A DNA stretch of 63,426 bases, counting the filler, from Dugesia japonica (lineage: Eukaryota): NCBI GenBank assembly GCA_001938525.1. It is 6 parts of 6 records of this genome, joined end to end, with 100 filler letters (N's around TTAATTAATTAA, not from the genome) between each part and the next. Parts side by side here need not be neighbours in the genome. Positions count along the whole stretch, not along the records: positions 25,080 to 36,256 come from MQRL01635924.1; positions 36,357 to 44,681 come from MQRL01172869.1; 4 more parts are not named here. One strand, given 5' to 3'. This document shows, in pieces, positions 26,600-40,019 of this stretch (positions are counted from its first letter, which is position 1; each line of letters opens with the position of its first letter). The notes below the pieces were generated by a model. The model was given only the letters and a program-made list of their open reading frames with translations. It had not been told where the DNA came from and did no database searches. A program made the translations under genes and the position numbers.

Positions 26600-27530
26600 A
26601 GAAACCGAAAATAAATATTAAAATTAATAAATATTTTGTTTTATAATAATTATTTTGATGCCCCTATTTTAAGATGCAGCAACCGACGATTAGCATTTGT
26701 ATTAAAATGGATACTCATTTTGATACCAAGCTTTTTAACAAATACAATAAGGACAAAGTGTGCTTCCACTTACACATGCAATTGCAACTTAATCACTTTC
26801 AACAGTGGACAGAACAAATTAGAGCAGGACAATGGTCAAAAGCTATTGCAAAGAAACCTTTATCTACTACTATTCTTCATGATGGACACACTACAATTGA
26901 AGACTGGTTTTTTATTCATACAGCTAGGACAAACATGCTTATTGCTAAAGCGCACCCCAAAAATAGAAATTTAGACAAATTTAGCAAATGCAATGCAACA
27001 TTAGAAACACAATATCACATTTTTGGTCATTAGCCTCCAAACAAAACCTACGTTAGAAATAGACATAACGCCATCCTAGACATTTTATTCAATACTTTCA
27101 TTCAGGCAAATCCAGAAAGGCTTATTCTTAAGGATAGACGCAGTGAACTGTCTTCCACTCAGCTTAGAGTAGACCTACAAATAAAAATTAAAGAAAAACT
27201 TGAGTTACACCTTATAGACATTAAGACACCATATGACATAGAAAACATTATGGAAACAGTTCACGAATTAAGCATAAACAAATACAGCGATTTAAAATTA
27301 GAACTACAAACTTTAATGGCTAAATGGAAAATTTACTTAGACACATTTATTGTTGGCTGCTTTGGTAGCTGGAGCCTCGAAAACGATAAAATACTTTAAA
27401 AATTTGACATTCATACAAAATATATCAGACAACTAAAAATTGACTGCATAAATTCCAACATTCACCTGTACGCGGAAACATGGTATGCACACGATAAAAT
27501 CAGTACAAAAAACAGACATTACCTATAATG
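26600..27530 (+). mobile_element. Non-LTR retrotransposon 3' remnant, restriction-like endonuclease type (NeSL/R2-like)
   Basis: DWFFIHTARTN, degenerate CCHC (KCNATLETQYHIFGH), RHNAIL, LRVDL...IDIKTPYD, KYSDL and FIVGCFGSW. Confidence 0.8.
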
Positions 27531-27882
27531 AACTCATTAAAATGAAAAATGACAGAGCACAAAAAAGCCGAAATATATGCTAAAATATATGATCACTATC
27601 TTAGCGACAGAGGACGAAGTTAGCATTGACTACACAACACAGGAAAAACATAGTAACCTTTTATAATTTATTTTTTCCTTTTTTCAGATTTTAGATTCAT
27701 TATAAACCTCTGAGCATCAAATGTCCAACAAAATAATCGAACAGAACTTTCAAAATTTTCCCATGACGCCTTAGTCTGTGAATATTGCTTTCAAAGCAAA
27801 TAAAAGAGTAAAATATCTTGAATAAAATTTATTTTTGTGTGTGTGATACTAAGTAAACATAACACTAGGATTCCTATGATCA

Positions 27883-28094
27883 ATGAATATAATTTTGAGT
27901 GTTGGTAGACATAATAATACCAGATATTGGACATGCTGGAAGAAAGAATACAATGTAGTGTTATATACAGTAGGAGAAACTTATAAATTGTTTAAGGACG
28001 AACATGATCATTTCAAAAAGGAAGATTTAAAGCATGAAATGGATTTTCGAAAAAAAATCAATATAGCCAGATCACCTTATGATTCTGCAAAAAA
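27883..28094 (+). mobile_element. Possible MULE FLYWCH-like remnant
   Basis: TRYWTCWKK...KDEHDH resembles the FLYWCH W-x-C...H-x-H pattern, with the second Cys missing. Confidence 0.3.
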
Positions 28095-28485
28095 NNNNNN
28101 NNNNNNNNNNNNNNNNNNNNNNNNNNNNNNNNNNNNNNNNNNNNNNNNNNNNNNNNNNNNNNNNNNNNNNNNNNNNNNNNNNNNNNNNNNNNNNNNNNNN
28201 NNNNNNNNNNNAATAAAAAGATTCCAGAGAAACGTTTTTCTCGAAAAAAAAAATTCTTGAAAAAAAAATTCAGGAGAAAAAAAGATTTTGGAGAAACGTG
28301 ATGGAACCGAAAAAACAATAATTAATGTGGGAAAAATAGTTATTTTAAATTACTATGACAAAAATTTTTTTTTTAAATGGCCAAACTTTTAAAACGTTTT
28401 AAAATTTTACTAAACTTACAGAAAATTGTTTATTTTAAACTGATCAATTTTTAAAACAATAGTGGTAATGAAATAAATATAATAC

Positions 28486-31400
28486 CTCAGTATTTTCATT
28501 ATATGAATATGAATTTCTTTGTAAATATTCTTTCACTTTAGCCGGATCCACGTCTTCAGATTTCTCCCATGTAATCTCTTCATATGGAAGACTACGCCAT
28601 TTTACCAAATAGTAAGTAATTGTTTCTTTGGTTACAAATTCTGAATCGGAGTCATCAGACTTTTTACTAACTTCAACTTGTTTTGATTCAAGTACTCTAT
28701 CAATTTCGACATAATCTGGATTAAATAAACATTCGTCTGGTTCATCAACATTATTCATTTTCATATTTTTATATCTTTTTAATTTTGAAGCAAAAGTAGG
28801 ATCAGTAACGGAGTCAGCAGATTTCCATTCACAGTGAATATATGAAAAACCTCGATACTTCAAGTAGTATTCCTCAATTTCAACTTCTGACACTTTTAAT
28901 GATGCATCAATTGCATCAGACGTATTTACGATTCTGGAACCTAAAATTTTTTGAACGATTTTATTTTTATTTTCCAAATTCAATTCAAAAATCGAATGAA
29001 TTTCATCATCACTATTTAATGAGTTTTCTTCATTTGAATCTATTTCAAAACTAGTTTCTTTTTTAACTCTGGTAGTTATATGAAATTCTGCTGACTTTCG
29101 AAGAGATTTTTTTGATACGTTCATATCGTCAATATCAAAATTGTTGAAATAACTACCTCGTGAATTTTTTTTCTTCAAAAATGAAACCACATTTTTCATT
29201 CGTTTGGCAGTTTTGCATGCATTATTCACTGTTTTTTTCTTTATATCAATATTTTCGCTATGTTTATAATCGTTTAACGATTGTGAATTATTGGATTTTA
29301 TTTTTTTGTTTATATAATATTGATGATGCAATTGCTTTAATTTCAAATAAAAATAATATCTCTTGATTTTAAAACTCCATTTTGGCACTTTGAAAACATA
29401 AATATTTCGTAAGGACTTTTTGAAATTTAATAAAGATTTATTTGAAAGTACCTAAAAAAATATTATTAAACAAAACGCAATATTTAATAGATTCAATTTA
29501 ATTATAAAAAAAATATTTTTATACTAAAAAAATTTTAACTTAAAAAATACGACTAAAAACGCCTTTTACTTTTATCGAAAATGAAATGAATAGTTCAGTT
29601 CAACAATTATTCTAGAAATAATTGTAATTGTAAAGCATTCTCGTAAGAAAACCGAAATATACAGATTTTACATTTAGTGTATAAAGAATATCAAACCTAA
29701 TATAAATAACATAAATGATGGATTATCAAAAAATAATGATCAAAATCAAAAGAAACCATTATTATGATCCTTATGTTCACATTAACAATGGTTAAAATAA
29801 ATAAACGTAATTATAATTGAATTTATCTATCATTTAAATTTTAATGATCATTTTAGTATTGAAATTATTAGTTTACCACTTCTCACAAAATACAAACTTA
29901 ATTTTTATAAGTTAAATTTTATCCCTTGCCCACAAATCGAATATTTNNNNNNNNNNNNNNNNNNNNNNNNNNNNNNNNNNNNNNNNNNNNNNNNNNNNNN
30001 NNNNNNNNNNNNNNNNNNNNNNNNNNNNNNTTAGTATAATAAAATTGAAACCTAATTTATTAATATACTCAATTCTGTTTTTATGCGATTTTCTTTTATG
30101 CGGTTTTTATAAGAATATTTTATACGATTTAGAAATTATGCGACTTTTTCCTTCTATTTATGTGATATACACCGATCGACACTTGAATGCGATCGTCACA
30201 ATTCTTTTCTCGTCTCTTTATCCATATTTATTTAATGTAGGTAGTGCCTTTTTTATGAGATTTTTTTAATTCTTTTTTTTCTGAGGAACGTATCTATTAC
30301 ATAAAAACAGAATTGAGTGTATGTGAAAGTGTTTGTATTTAGTAAAAATTAAATAAGGCTACTTTAAAAAAACTTTAGTTATATATTTCGACAGAAAACC
30401 GTCATCATCAGACAAAATGAAAATTATGACATTATTCAGACTATATTATTATAACAAACATTTAAGCAATTATACTGAATATTAAATGGCTACTATAAAT
30501 ATTCAATTTTTTTTAAAATTTTTAAAATCTAAAAATGAAATTCTTTGCAATTAAAAACCTAAATTGTAAAAACAAAATTCAAATTCAAATCTATAAAACT
30601 TTAATAATTTAATCGAAAGTGTTATCTAGACATTAATACTTGGATTATGAAACCCTCTCCTAATAATCTTCAAATTGTTTACACAAAAATTTTAAATTCG
30701 AAATTTCAACATTTACATTACATTTATTTTTATTTTCGGCAATATTACTACCACTACCAATACGAATGTATAAAGATGACGGACAGCTTGTCAAATGTAT
30801 ATTGCATCACACCAATTACATTTCAATTATTAAAAAAATGAAATAATTGATTATAATTAAAAAATTTTTAAAAATTATTCTAACCATTGATGTGTAAAAT
30901 AGATGAATATTTTGAAAAAACAAATTTTCATTTAAAATTTATTTTTAAACGCAAAGATCAAAATGATGTTCTTCTATTTTCATAGATTGTTTAATATTTC
31001 GGCTATGCATTCTTCAGGAATCATTGGTACAGGAACAATGAACTTTCCATTTAAAAATAAATTTTAAATGAAAATTTGTTTTTTCGAAATATTCATTTAC
31101 AATTTAGTTATAATAAATTCTACTATTGTAAAATTATTAATTGTAAATCATGAAAATAAATTATAAATTAAATTTTTTAGGGATATTTCCAAAAATCCCA
31201 CATAATTTTCGTAACGCTTATTTTATATTACAAATAAAACTTAATATTTTTTAGGCTCCGAAATTATTCATTACCTTCATTTCTCAGCATTTTTACCTGA
31301 AAACAAAACATTTCGAAGAATATAATGAATATCTTCCGGTTAGAACATCTTCTTCAATTGAGGGATGTCGTTTTCTACAAGTTTTTCCAACAACGATTTA

Positions 31401-34400
31401 AACTAAATGTCAAGTACAAGATTATGCAGAATCCTATCTGAGAAAAATTGTAAAGATATCCGGAAATTCGTGTTCTTGCAATTTTCTAAAAGAATTTAGT
31501 ATTCCATGTAGTGTTATTTATTTAGAAACGAATCTCCGAACATTCTTTGAAATGAAAAGCACCTAATTAGTGATATAAAGCAAATTTATCAGGGTTTTTA
31601 TACTTATTTGATATTTCAACTTTTGAAGAAACAGAAACATTTTAACCNNNNNNNNNNNNNNNNNNNNNNNNNNNNNNNNNNNNNNNNNNNNNNNNNNNNN
31701 NNNNNNNNNNNNNNNNNNNNNNNNTCAAATTATTTATTAATAATTAACATTTGATTTATTAATTTATTTTATTTAAAAATAAATTATGTGGTATTTTTGG
31801 AACTTTTAATATTTCTATGGCATTTTGGAATTCTTTTATCATTTTTTGGAACACTTTTCAATATTTTTACAAAATGTGGCAATTTTGGAATTATTCTAAT
31901 ATTTTTATTGCACTTTTGGAATTAATTTATTATTTTATGACACTTTTGGAATTAATTTTATTATTTTTCTGGCACTTTTGGAAATATTTCAAAAAATTAT
32001 ATATTTTTGGAATTATTTTATTTTTTATATGGCACTTTTGGAATTATTTTAAAATTTTTATTGCATATTTGGAATTATTTCAAAAAATTTAACATTTTTG
32101 GAANNNNNNNNNNNNNNNNNNNNNNNNNNNNNNNNNNNNNNNNNNNNNNNNNNNNNNNNNNNNNNNNNNNNNNNNNNNNNNNNNNNNNNNNNNNNNNNNN
32201 NNNNNNNNNNNNNNNNNNNNNNNNNNNNNNNNNNNNNNNNNNNNNNNNNNNNNNNNNNNNNNNNNNNNNNNTAACATTTTTGGAACTATTTCAGAAAATT
32301 GACATTTTAGGAATTATTTAAGTTTTTATGGCACTTTTGGAATTATTTTAGTTTTTATATGCCACTTTTGGAATTAATTTATTATTTTTATTGCACTTTT
32401 GGAATTAATTTATTATTTTTATTGCACTTTTGGAATTAATTTTATTATTTTTCTGGCACTTTTGGAAATATTTCAAAAAATTATATATTTTTGGAATTAT
32501 TTTATTTTTTATATGGCACTTTTGGAATTATTTTAAAATTTTTATTGCATATTTGGAATTATTTCAAAAAATTTAACATTTTTGGAATTATTTTAGTTTT
32601 TATATGCCACTTTTGGAATTAATTTATTATTTTTATGGCACTTTTGGAATTAATTTATTATTTTTCTGGCACTTTTGGAAATATTTCAAAAAATTATATA
32701 TTTTTGNNNNNNNNNNNNNNNNNNNNNNNNNNNNNNNNNNNNNNNNNNNNNNNNNNTTAAAATTTTTATTGCATATTTGGAATTATTTCAAAAAATTTAA
32801 CATTTTTGGAATTATTTTAGTTTTTATATGGCACTTTTGGAATTATTTTAAAATTTTTATTGCATATTTGGAAATATTTCAAAAAATTATATATTTTTGG
32901 AATCATTTTAGTTTTTATATGCCACTTTTGGAATTATTTTAATATTTTTATTGCATATTTGGAATTATTTCAAAAAATGTAACATTTTTGGAATTTTTTT
33001 ATTATTCATTAAAATAAAAGCTTCAACCAAAATTTTGGGAATCAATTTATTTTTTTTTAATTTTATAACATTTTTATCACAATTCCATTTTTATAGCAAT
33101 CGTCACACAGTCTCATTTGACGTACTACAAATAGAATCCATCATTAACAATATATCAAGTTAATTTGAAAATTATAAATTTATTACGATTAAAATATTAT
33201 TTTAAATAAAAAAAAAATCAAAATTAATTTAAGCAACTTCGAATGAAAATTCAATTACTTTTAAAATTGATTTTCCTGCATCTGTTATTAATGAATTGTT
33301 TTCATTTGATGGTAGTAGTGTGGCATCAAATTTCTTATCAATTCTCTGTGGTGACAATTTCTCACCATGAAATAATATCAATTCACTAGTATTTTCAACA
33401 CTACTTGCCGTTGTTTCACTGGAATTCAATTCAACATTTCTAATTGATAAGGAATTGTTATCATTTATGAAATCGCTATTATCAATATCGTTATTATCAT
33501 CCTCAACTACATTTCTATCAAAAACAATATCGTCGGTTTTATCGAAATTGTTAGCGAAATTCGACAATTTATCGATAATGGCTTCGTTGTCATTCACCAC
33601 ACCGATTTCTTCTTCATCGTCGTCGTCGTTATCGTCGTCATCGTCGTTATCATCGGCAATACTATTTTCAACAAGAATATCATCATTATTCAATTCCTCA
33701 TTGGTTATTTCACTCGAACTGTTAATTATCGGATTCAGTTCGCTGTTAAATGATAAATCTTCAGAATTTCTTTCCTTTTCCGCCGTATTATCATTATTTT
33801 CATTATCATAAAGTGTATTACTGGGATCAGATTGTAATTTTTCCGAGAATTTACCTTCATTTACCTCGTCAATTGTGTCCAAAACCTCAATTTTACAATC
33901 TTCTTCTTCTTCATTTATAGTTTCAACTAAATAGTTTTCAAGTTTCGATTCTGATTCACACTTTAATAGATTCAAATCATTAATACACGGTTTATCGATT
34001 TGTTTGGAGTTGTCTTGTTGCAATTGTTGTTGTTGCTGCTGTGAAATATTGAATTTTGAGATATCATCCGAATGTATTTCCAATTCGTTTTCATCAGTTT
34101 TCATTCGGGTATCATTAACTTCGTTTTTGATTTGTGTTAAATTTGGCTTTATTTGTGAATTCTTCAATGGCATCATTGAAGTGAGATCTGTGAATTCAGA
34201 TATCGGAGGAGTTGATAATTCATCTCGACTGTTCGGTGGTTTATTGTTAACATGAGTTTGAGTATAATCACCGCCGCCGCCACCGCCACCGCCGCCGACG
34301 CCTCCGCCACCGCCAGTTAATTCCGATATAAATGATTTATGAGTAGAATTATTATCTCCAATATTAGATGGAAACGTTTTTTCTGCTTCTGATGATTCAA

Positions 34401-35442
34401 CTTGGACGAATTTTTCATTATACGGTTGATTATTTGGCATAAAATTATACATATAGGTATCATAGGGTTTATTAATATTGCGAGAATAGAATTGTGATAC
34501 ATTCGAATTCTGAGAATTGTAAACCTCTTGTCGAGATGTGTTACTAAAACTATTAATCTGTTTCAATGTAGCTACCTCTTTGTTGTCATTCATATCGTTT
34601 TTATAATTATAATTCAACTTATTACGAGATAACAAGCATTTTTCTTTTAATTGATTAAAATAAACCAGTTTTTCTTTAATTTCATTGATTTCATGGATAC
34701 AATTTGGATTGTTTGATAGATTTTGTGACAGGAAATGTAATTTAGATTCTAAATTATATATATTTTGATCTATTGACGCAATATTTTGATAATTTAGTCT
34801 TTCGGCTTTTTGATGATCATCAAAATGCGATACACCATGTTCGTAATAAATGGGTTGATTACCATTTGGAAAATATTGAGGAGGGTATTGATAAGTCAAG
34901 CATTGAGATTCGTTGTGACCGGAGCTCGTTATTTCAGAAGAACGATATATTTGATTATGCTGATAATTATTTTTGTTCATAGAATAATATTTAGGAAAAC
35001 TTTGATATTTATTATCTATATAATTATTTGGAATTGTGTTTTTCACAGGAATATAATTATTTGGCTGAAGATTCATTCGATCATTTTCAATCATTTTCAT
35101 ATTATCATATTGCATGTCCATAATTCGATGTTCTGAATTAGAGGACTGGATATAAGGCATATTAATTCTTTGGTCCGGAATATTAGCATTATATTCATAA
35201 TTAGGAAAATTATAATTGTACATATTAGATCTCTGATAATTTTGATGAGATGTCAAATTAGACGCTACAGGGTAGTAATTCATAGTAGACTGTGATCCAC
35301 AAAGTTCACGATTGTATGCATTAGAATTTTGTAATCTGCTGGTTTGTGGATAATTACAAATATTTAAAGGTTCTTGTGAAATCTCAGATAAATCATCCAA
35401 AAAACTGGAAGTTACATTACACGAAAATATATCATGATCCAT
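28486..35442 (-). CDS. CHD6-9/Kismet-type chromodomain remodeller, 5' portion (helicase exons not on this contig)
   Basis: Exon ~29334-28486 encodes tandem chromodomains: IVQKILGSR...EEYYLKYRGFSYIHCEW...LFNPDYVEIDRVL...YYLVKWRSLPYEEITWE, with GTATTA donor at 28485. The upstream 2.2-kb low-complexity exon 35442-33259 (N/Q/Y-rich, poly-G, acidic; donor GTAATT; acceptor just before the ATG) is inferred to be the first coding exon. Confidence 0.8.
30066..30319. mobile_element. Tc1/pogo-type MITE
   Basis: TIRs TACTCAATTCTGTTTTTATG / CATAAAAACAGAATTGAGTG with TA flanks. Confidence 0.75.
30373..30418 (-). ncRNA. Minimal type I hammerhead ribozyme of a Penelope-like element
   Basis: Minus strand: TTTTGT-CTGATGA-T-GACGG-TTTT-CTGTC-GAAA-TATA-TA-ACTAAAG. 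Intact cores, 5-bp stem II, palindromic stem III, AUA cleavage triplet and stem I with one mismatch. Confidence 0.75.
30420..30830 (-). mobile_element. Penelope-like element 3' remnant (GIY-YIG)
   Basis: Minus strand LKCNWCDAIYI*QAVRHLYT is homologous to FNCNRCDATNIGETERHLCTR in ORF 55201-55686. Lies directly upstream of the hammerhead. Confidence 0.7.
30900..31100. repeat. Fold-back/MITE with ~55-bp inverted arms
   Basis: GAATATTTTGAAAAAACAAATTTTCATTTAAAATTTATTTTTAAA is mirrored at ~31050-31097. Confidence 0.7.
31270..31566 (+). mobile_element. Mutator/MULE SWIM-finger remnant
   Basis: SGNSCSCNFLKEFSIPCSVI matches SWIM CxC...IPCxH with the His lost. One in-frame stop. Confidence 0.45.
31790..33000. 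repeat. Minisatellite, ~30-bp monomer (TTTTGGAATTATTT core) with ~213-bp higher-order period
   Basis: The diagnostic variant CTGGCACTTTTGGAAATATTTCAAAAAATTATATAT recurs at 31969, 32453 and 32666. Confidence 0.9.
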
Positions 35443-36356
35443 TATGCATTCTAAAATGAGAATAAAAATGTATGTAACACAGTATGGAATTTAACAAAAT
35501 TAAATAAATTTATAAATAATTTAACTGACATTTTTGTTTAATATTTTAACTTTCGTCTTAAAAAAAACAACATTATAAAAATGAAATTATTTAATTAAAA
35601 CTTTACAATTTGATAATTATTTTGAAAAATGAAAAATTTGGCACCGAAAATTTTCAAAAAATAATGAAGTATTTGGTTGTATAAATATAAATTATTGAGA
35701 AATATTGCCAAAATAAATTATTTTTAACTGATTTTATTTTACCTTAAGCAATTTTTAAATTATTTTGGAAAGTTTTCGAATTTGGTGTTTANACTAAATA
35801 TTAATAAAATGATCACGTAAATTAGAAGTTATGTTTATACAATAACTCAATTCGAGAAAATATTATCCATTAGAGTACAAATAAAAATTCTTATGAACAA
35901 AAATTGTAGTCACAATAAGTTATCAAAGTTTCATTTTGTTTAAATATTTGTAGAATAAAAACGATGTATTATCATTATTATAAATCGCTTGGCTAAGCTT
36001 ATATCCTAAAATATAATTAATGTGATATTATTTTTAAATACTTTTATATGCCGCTTCAAGAAACATTTAGAAATGTACAATTATATTCGGTTTGTAAACG
36101 TTGATGTTTATCAATGGAAATATATAAGAATATTATTAATACACTAAAGCAAAATTATTAAGTCCTTAAGAAGTCGTGATAAAAATGTTAATGAAGAAGA
36201 TGATATAACACAATATTTAGAAGTAATGAAATCTTAAGATATATATTATACTTTTANNNNNNNNNNNNNNNNNNNNNNNNNNNNNNNNNNNNNNNNNNNN
36301 TTAATTAATTAANNNNNNNNNNNNNNNNNNNNNNNNNNNNNNNNNNNNNNNNNNNN

Positions 36357-36900
36357 AAGAATGTTAATGGCTCTAAACTATTATGTGCTAATGACTTTGC
36401 ACGGAACTGTTGAAAGAAATCGGCTAATAATAAAATTCATTGCATATTCTCTTCTTCTTTCGTCAGACATTGATAGGTCTAGGGCAAAGGATTCACGTAG
36501 TTTTTCACTCTGTAATCCTTGCAGAATAAATGCTCTTGCAATTTCTTCAATTGTGAATTTCTTTTGAAACACATCTGTAACCATTTGTTTCACTCGAATC
36601 TCAAAATTTATGTACTTCTCGTCTGTTCTTTGTTTTATTGAAGACAATTCCTTTTCTTTATCATAAATCGATTTTGTATTTGTAAAGGTTTCTATAAAAC
36701 CATTTTTCGACCTCATTAGGAACAGAATCATTTGAACAGGTAAATTCTTCCCATAACTGTTTTGCATCACCTCTTAGTACCATATCTAACGCAAAAGCAA
36801 ATTCCATTTGACTGAATGTCGCAAAAGCCTTCGTTGTGTGCATCCAATCTTTGGAATCTTGACTGAGACCATCAAAGAAACTTGGTTTCGGAATCAACAT
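36357..36900 (-). mobile_element. LTR retrotransposon gag N-terminal remnant
   Basis: MLIPKPSFFDGLSQDSKDW...LRGDAKQLW, frameshifting into ELSSIKQRTDEKYINF...AFILQGL (retrotransposon gag pattern). Confidence 0.7.
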
Positions 36901-38110
36901 TTCTTGGGTTTTTTGAGGTGAATTAGAAAAAATATTTTGCCTTTCTTCGCGTAATTGAATGGTATACCTTCGATATTATCTATGTGAATTTTTAATAAAA
37001 CCAATTGAATGATATACGTTCGAAATTATTTTTGTGAATTTTTAATAATAACGTAAGTGAGTTTCTATTTTTTCTAGCTATTTAAACGGCAAGCAAAATT
37101 TAAATGGAATTACATAACTTTTGCTCGAATTTTCGCTAGTTTACCGCATTTCTTTCAAAGTTTTAGTCAATTTAAATTTTTTTGTAGTAGATTTTTATAG
37201 ATTCTGTGGTAAATTAAGTGACAATTATGGATTTTGTTTAATATTTTAAATCAAATTTTTATGAGAATCCGGAACAAATGACTTACTCCTCGAACAACTT
37301 CAATATCTCTTTATTTAATATCAATTATTTGTAATTACTTCTTTGAATATTAATGGTTATATAATATTAACTAAGTCTTGGTAATCCTCAAAGCAATGCA
37401 CTATTTAATTAATAATCATTATTTACAGTTCCAAGTTACTAAGTAAGTGGATGTCTATCCATATAAAATATAAATTATAATGAAATTATAATTAAATTAA
37501 ATAATGACTCAAGTAATATTGATAAAATAGATAATTAGATTTACAATTATATATATAGTTATGTGTAACTGACTTATTACGTTGCGGTATTTCAAAAAGA
37601 AAATTAATTAAACATATTATGTTGTTATATTTTTGAATTTATACACATCTAGAGAGATTCGTTTAAAAAAGATTATGTAATAGCACGTGTGTTGACTAAT
37701 TTACACACATTTGAATAAAAAGTCGCTATTTGAAATATTATTTCACTTTTTATTTGTTTAATTTATAAGTAAACATGAGTTTTTTTTATCAATTATTCTA
37801 TATTATTTTGTAATTTTTATTTTAGTAGAATGATTATTAATAGAATGGACAATAATAATATCAACAAGCAAATAATGAATCCAGTGATGTAGAATAATGA
37901 GGTTAAATTACTTCTTTTTAAAAATTACATTATTATTACATTATTATTAAAATTAAATTACTTCTATTTTATTTATAAATTTGGTAATTACCATTTATAG
38001 AATATGGCTGATGTACTTATGATCAAGAATGATAATGTTAATCAAAGGGAAAGATTAATCTATCTAGTATATTTAGTTTTTTAATTAATTTTTGTTTCAT
38101 TATAATTTTA

Positions 38111-39830
38111 GAATATGAAATTTATAGATAGTTATCAATTTATTAATTCGTCATTGGATGATGTCGTAAGAACTATAAATTCAACTTCATTAACATCAAA
38201 GGAGTTTAAGGATTGTTGACTCATTAAAATCAAGGGAATGTTTCCTTATAATTTTGCGACTAGTTTTAGAAGTTTCAGAGGAAACTCAAGTATGTCACCT
38301 ATTTTGGATGAGGTTACTGAGAAATATTATTTGAAAGCTATTGAAATATGGGAATTTTGTGACTGGAATAATCTTTTAAACTATATAATAGTCTATTTGA
38401 AATTTGACGTTTTTCTTTTCTCTGATTTCTTTCAGTTATTTTAGGCTAAGTCTTTAGAGCAAAATAGGTTAGAACCACTTAATTTCTTTGGTATTCTTGG
38501 AATCAGTTGAACTTCTGCCTTCATGACTTTATATGTACTCATTGAGATTTTGACTGTATACTTTCTTTGAAGGTGGAATTAGAGGATGTCTTACTTTTGT
38601 AAATAAGTATTATGTAACTAAAGAGGATAATACTGAGCTTATATATATATACAATCTATATAAATGGGCTTTAAGCCAAAAGCTTCCTTTTAAAAACTTA
38701 GAATGGATTCATTCTGACCTGAAAAAAATCCTTGTTGATTGTAGAACTTTAGACTTAGATTAGTTGTCTTATGGTTATAGTGTTGAAGTTGATCTGTTGA
38801 TTCCTAACGATTTACATAACTATTTAAGTGATTTGTCACTTGCTGCTAAACAAATTGTGCCACGTACAAAATTAAAAATACTTCTACTTAAAAATCACCC
38901 TAAGAAAAACTATGTAGTACATTGGAGATTACTTCAATTGTATTTACAAATAGAAGTTGAAGTTACTAAAATCCATAGGGTTGTAAAGTAAACCAAGATT
39001 ATATCTTTAAGGCTTATGTAGATAGAAACACTGCATTAAGATCTGACAGTAAAAATGAGTTAGATAAAAATTATTATAAGATACTCAATAATATTCTTTA
39101 CGATAAAACTGTTGAAAATCTTAAGAAAAGGATGAATCTCCATCTCTATAACTCTGCTAAAATGTTGGTGACCTATACTTCCAAACCTAGCTTTAGGAAA
39201 ACATTTAAAATTTATAATGATCCTATTGCTGTTTAACTTAATAAGGATGTTGTTTTTTTTGTATCGTCCAAGTTATATTGGACAATCTGTACTTGATTTA
39301 TCTAAGCTTAAGATGTATCAGCTTCAGTATATAGAATTTGAAAAATAACGTTAAAAAGAGAATTGTTGTATACGTATTGTTGTGGGGGATACAGACAGCT
39401 TCTTTCTAGAGGTTAAAATATTAAATTAGAGAAATTGATAGGCTCAACGGTGAGAGATAATTTTCTTGACACATCAAATTATTCTAAAAATCATCCACTT
39501 TATAACAACAAGTTGAATTCTGTATTAAGGAAATTTAAAGTCGAATCCAAAGGCATAAGGTATAAAAAATTGTTTTTTCCAAAACCAAAATGTCTCCTTA
39601 GCAAAAAACTTCTTTAAAGGCTAAGGGAGTAACATTAAAAGGCACTGGCTTAAATCATAAGTCATACCTTGATTATTATAATAATAATCAAAAGGTGTCA
39701 GTTAATCAATTTAGAATTTTTCTAAAGACCATTCAATATTTAGTTATAATAATCCAAAAGTAGCACTAACAAACACAGACGATAAACGAGTAGGGGGAGA
39801 ACAGAATAAAAGTTTACCATAGGGGCATTT
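38111..39830 (+). pseudogene. Polinton/Maverick protein-primed DNA polymerase B pseudogene
   Basis: Ordered motifs KFIDSYQF..SSLD, KGMFPY, YLKFDVFLFSDFF, EGGIRG, NLYKWALSQKLP, VEVDL, YKILNNILYDKTVEN, PSYIGQSVLDLSK, GDTDSFF, TDDKR and LP*GHF, with many stops and frameshifts. Confidence 0.9.
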
Positions 39831-40019
39831 TAAAATACCACCTTGTAATAAAGACAACACAGATTCAATTCAAACAATGTAAAGGTAATGATTTCTTATT
39901 AATTAAATTTGCATTAAATTATTAATTTTATCAGTATTTTCAAACAGGCCAACAATCAAACAACAGTCAGACATCATATTTATTTAAATAAATTTTAGTT
40001 TCAAAAATTATCTAGTTTT

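Noticed and set aside
31790-33000. CRISPR-like regular repeats, and ORFs 31817-33163
   Set aside because: The 'spacers' themselves recur, there are no cas genes and the context is eukaryotic. The ORFs are satellite translations.
33455-35136. Plus-strand ORFs (poly-Ser, poly-Cys)
   Set aside because: Antisense shadows of the 737-aa low-complexity exon.
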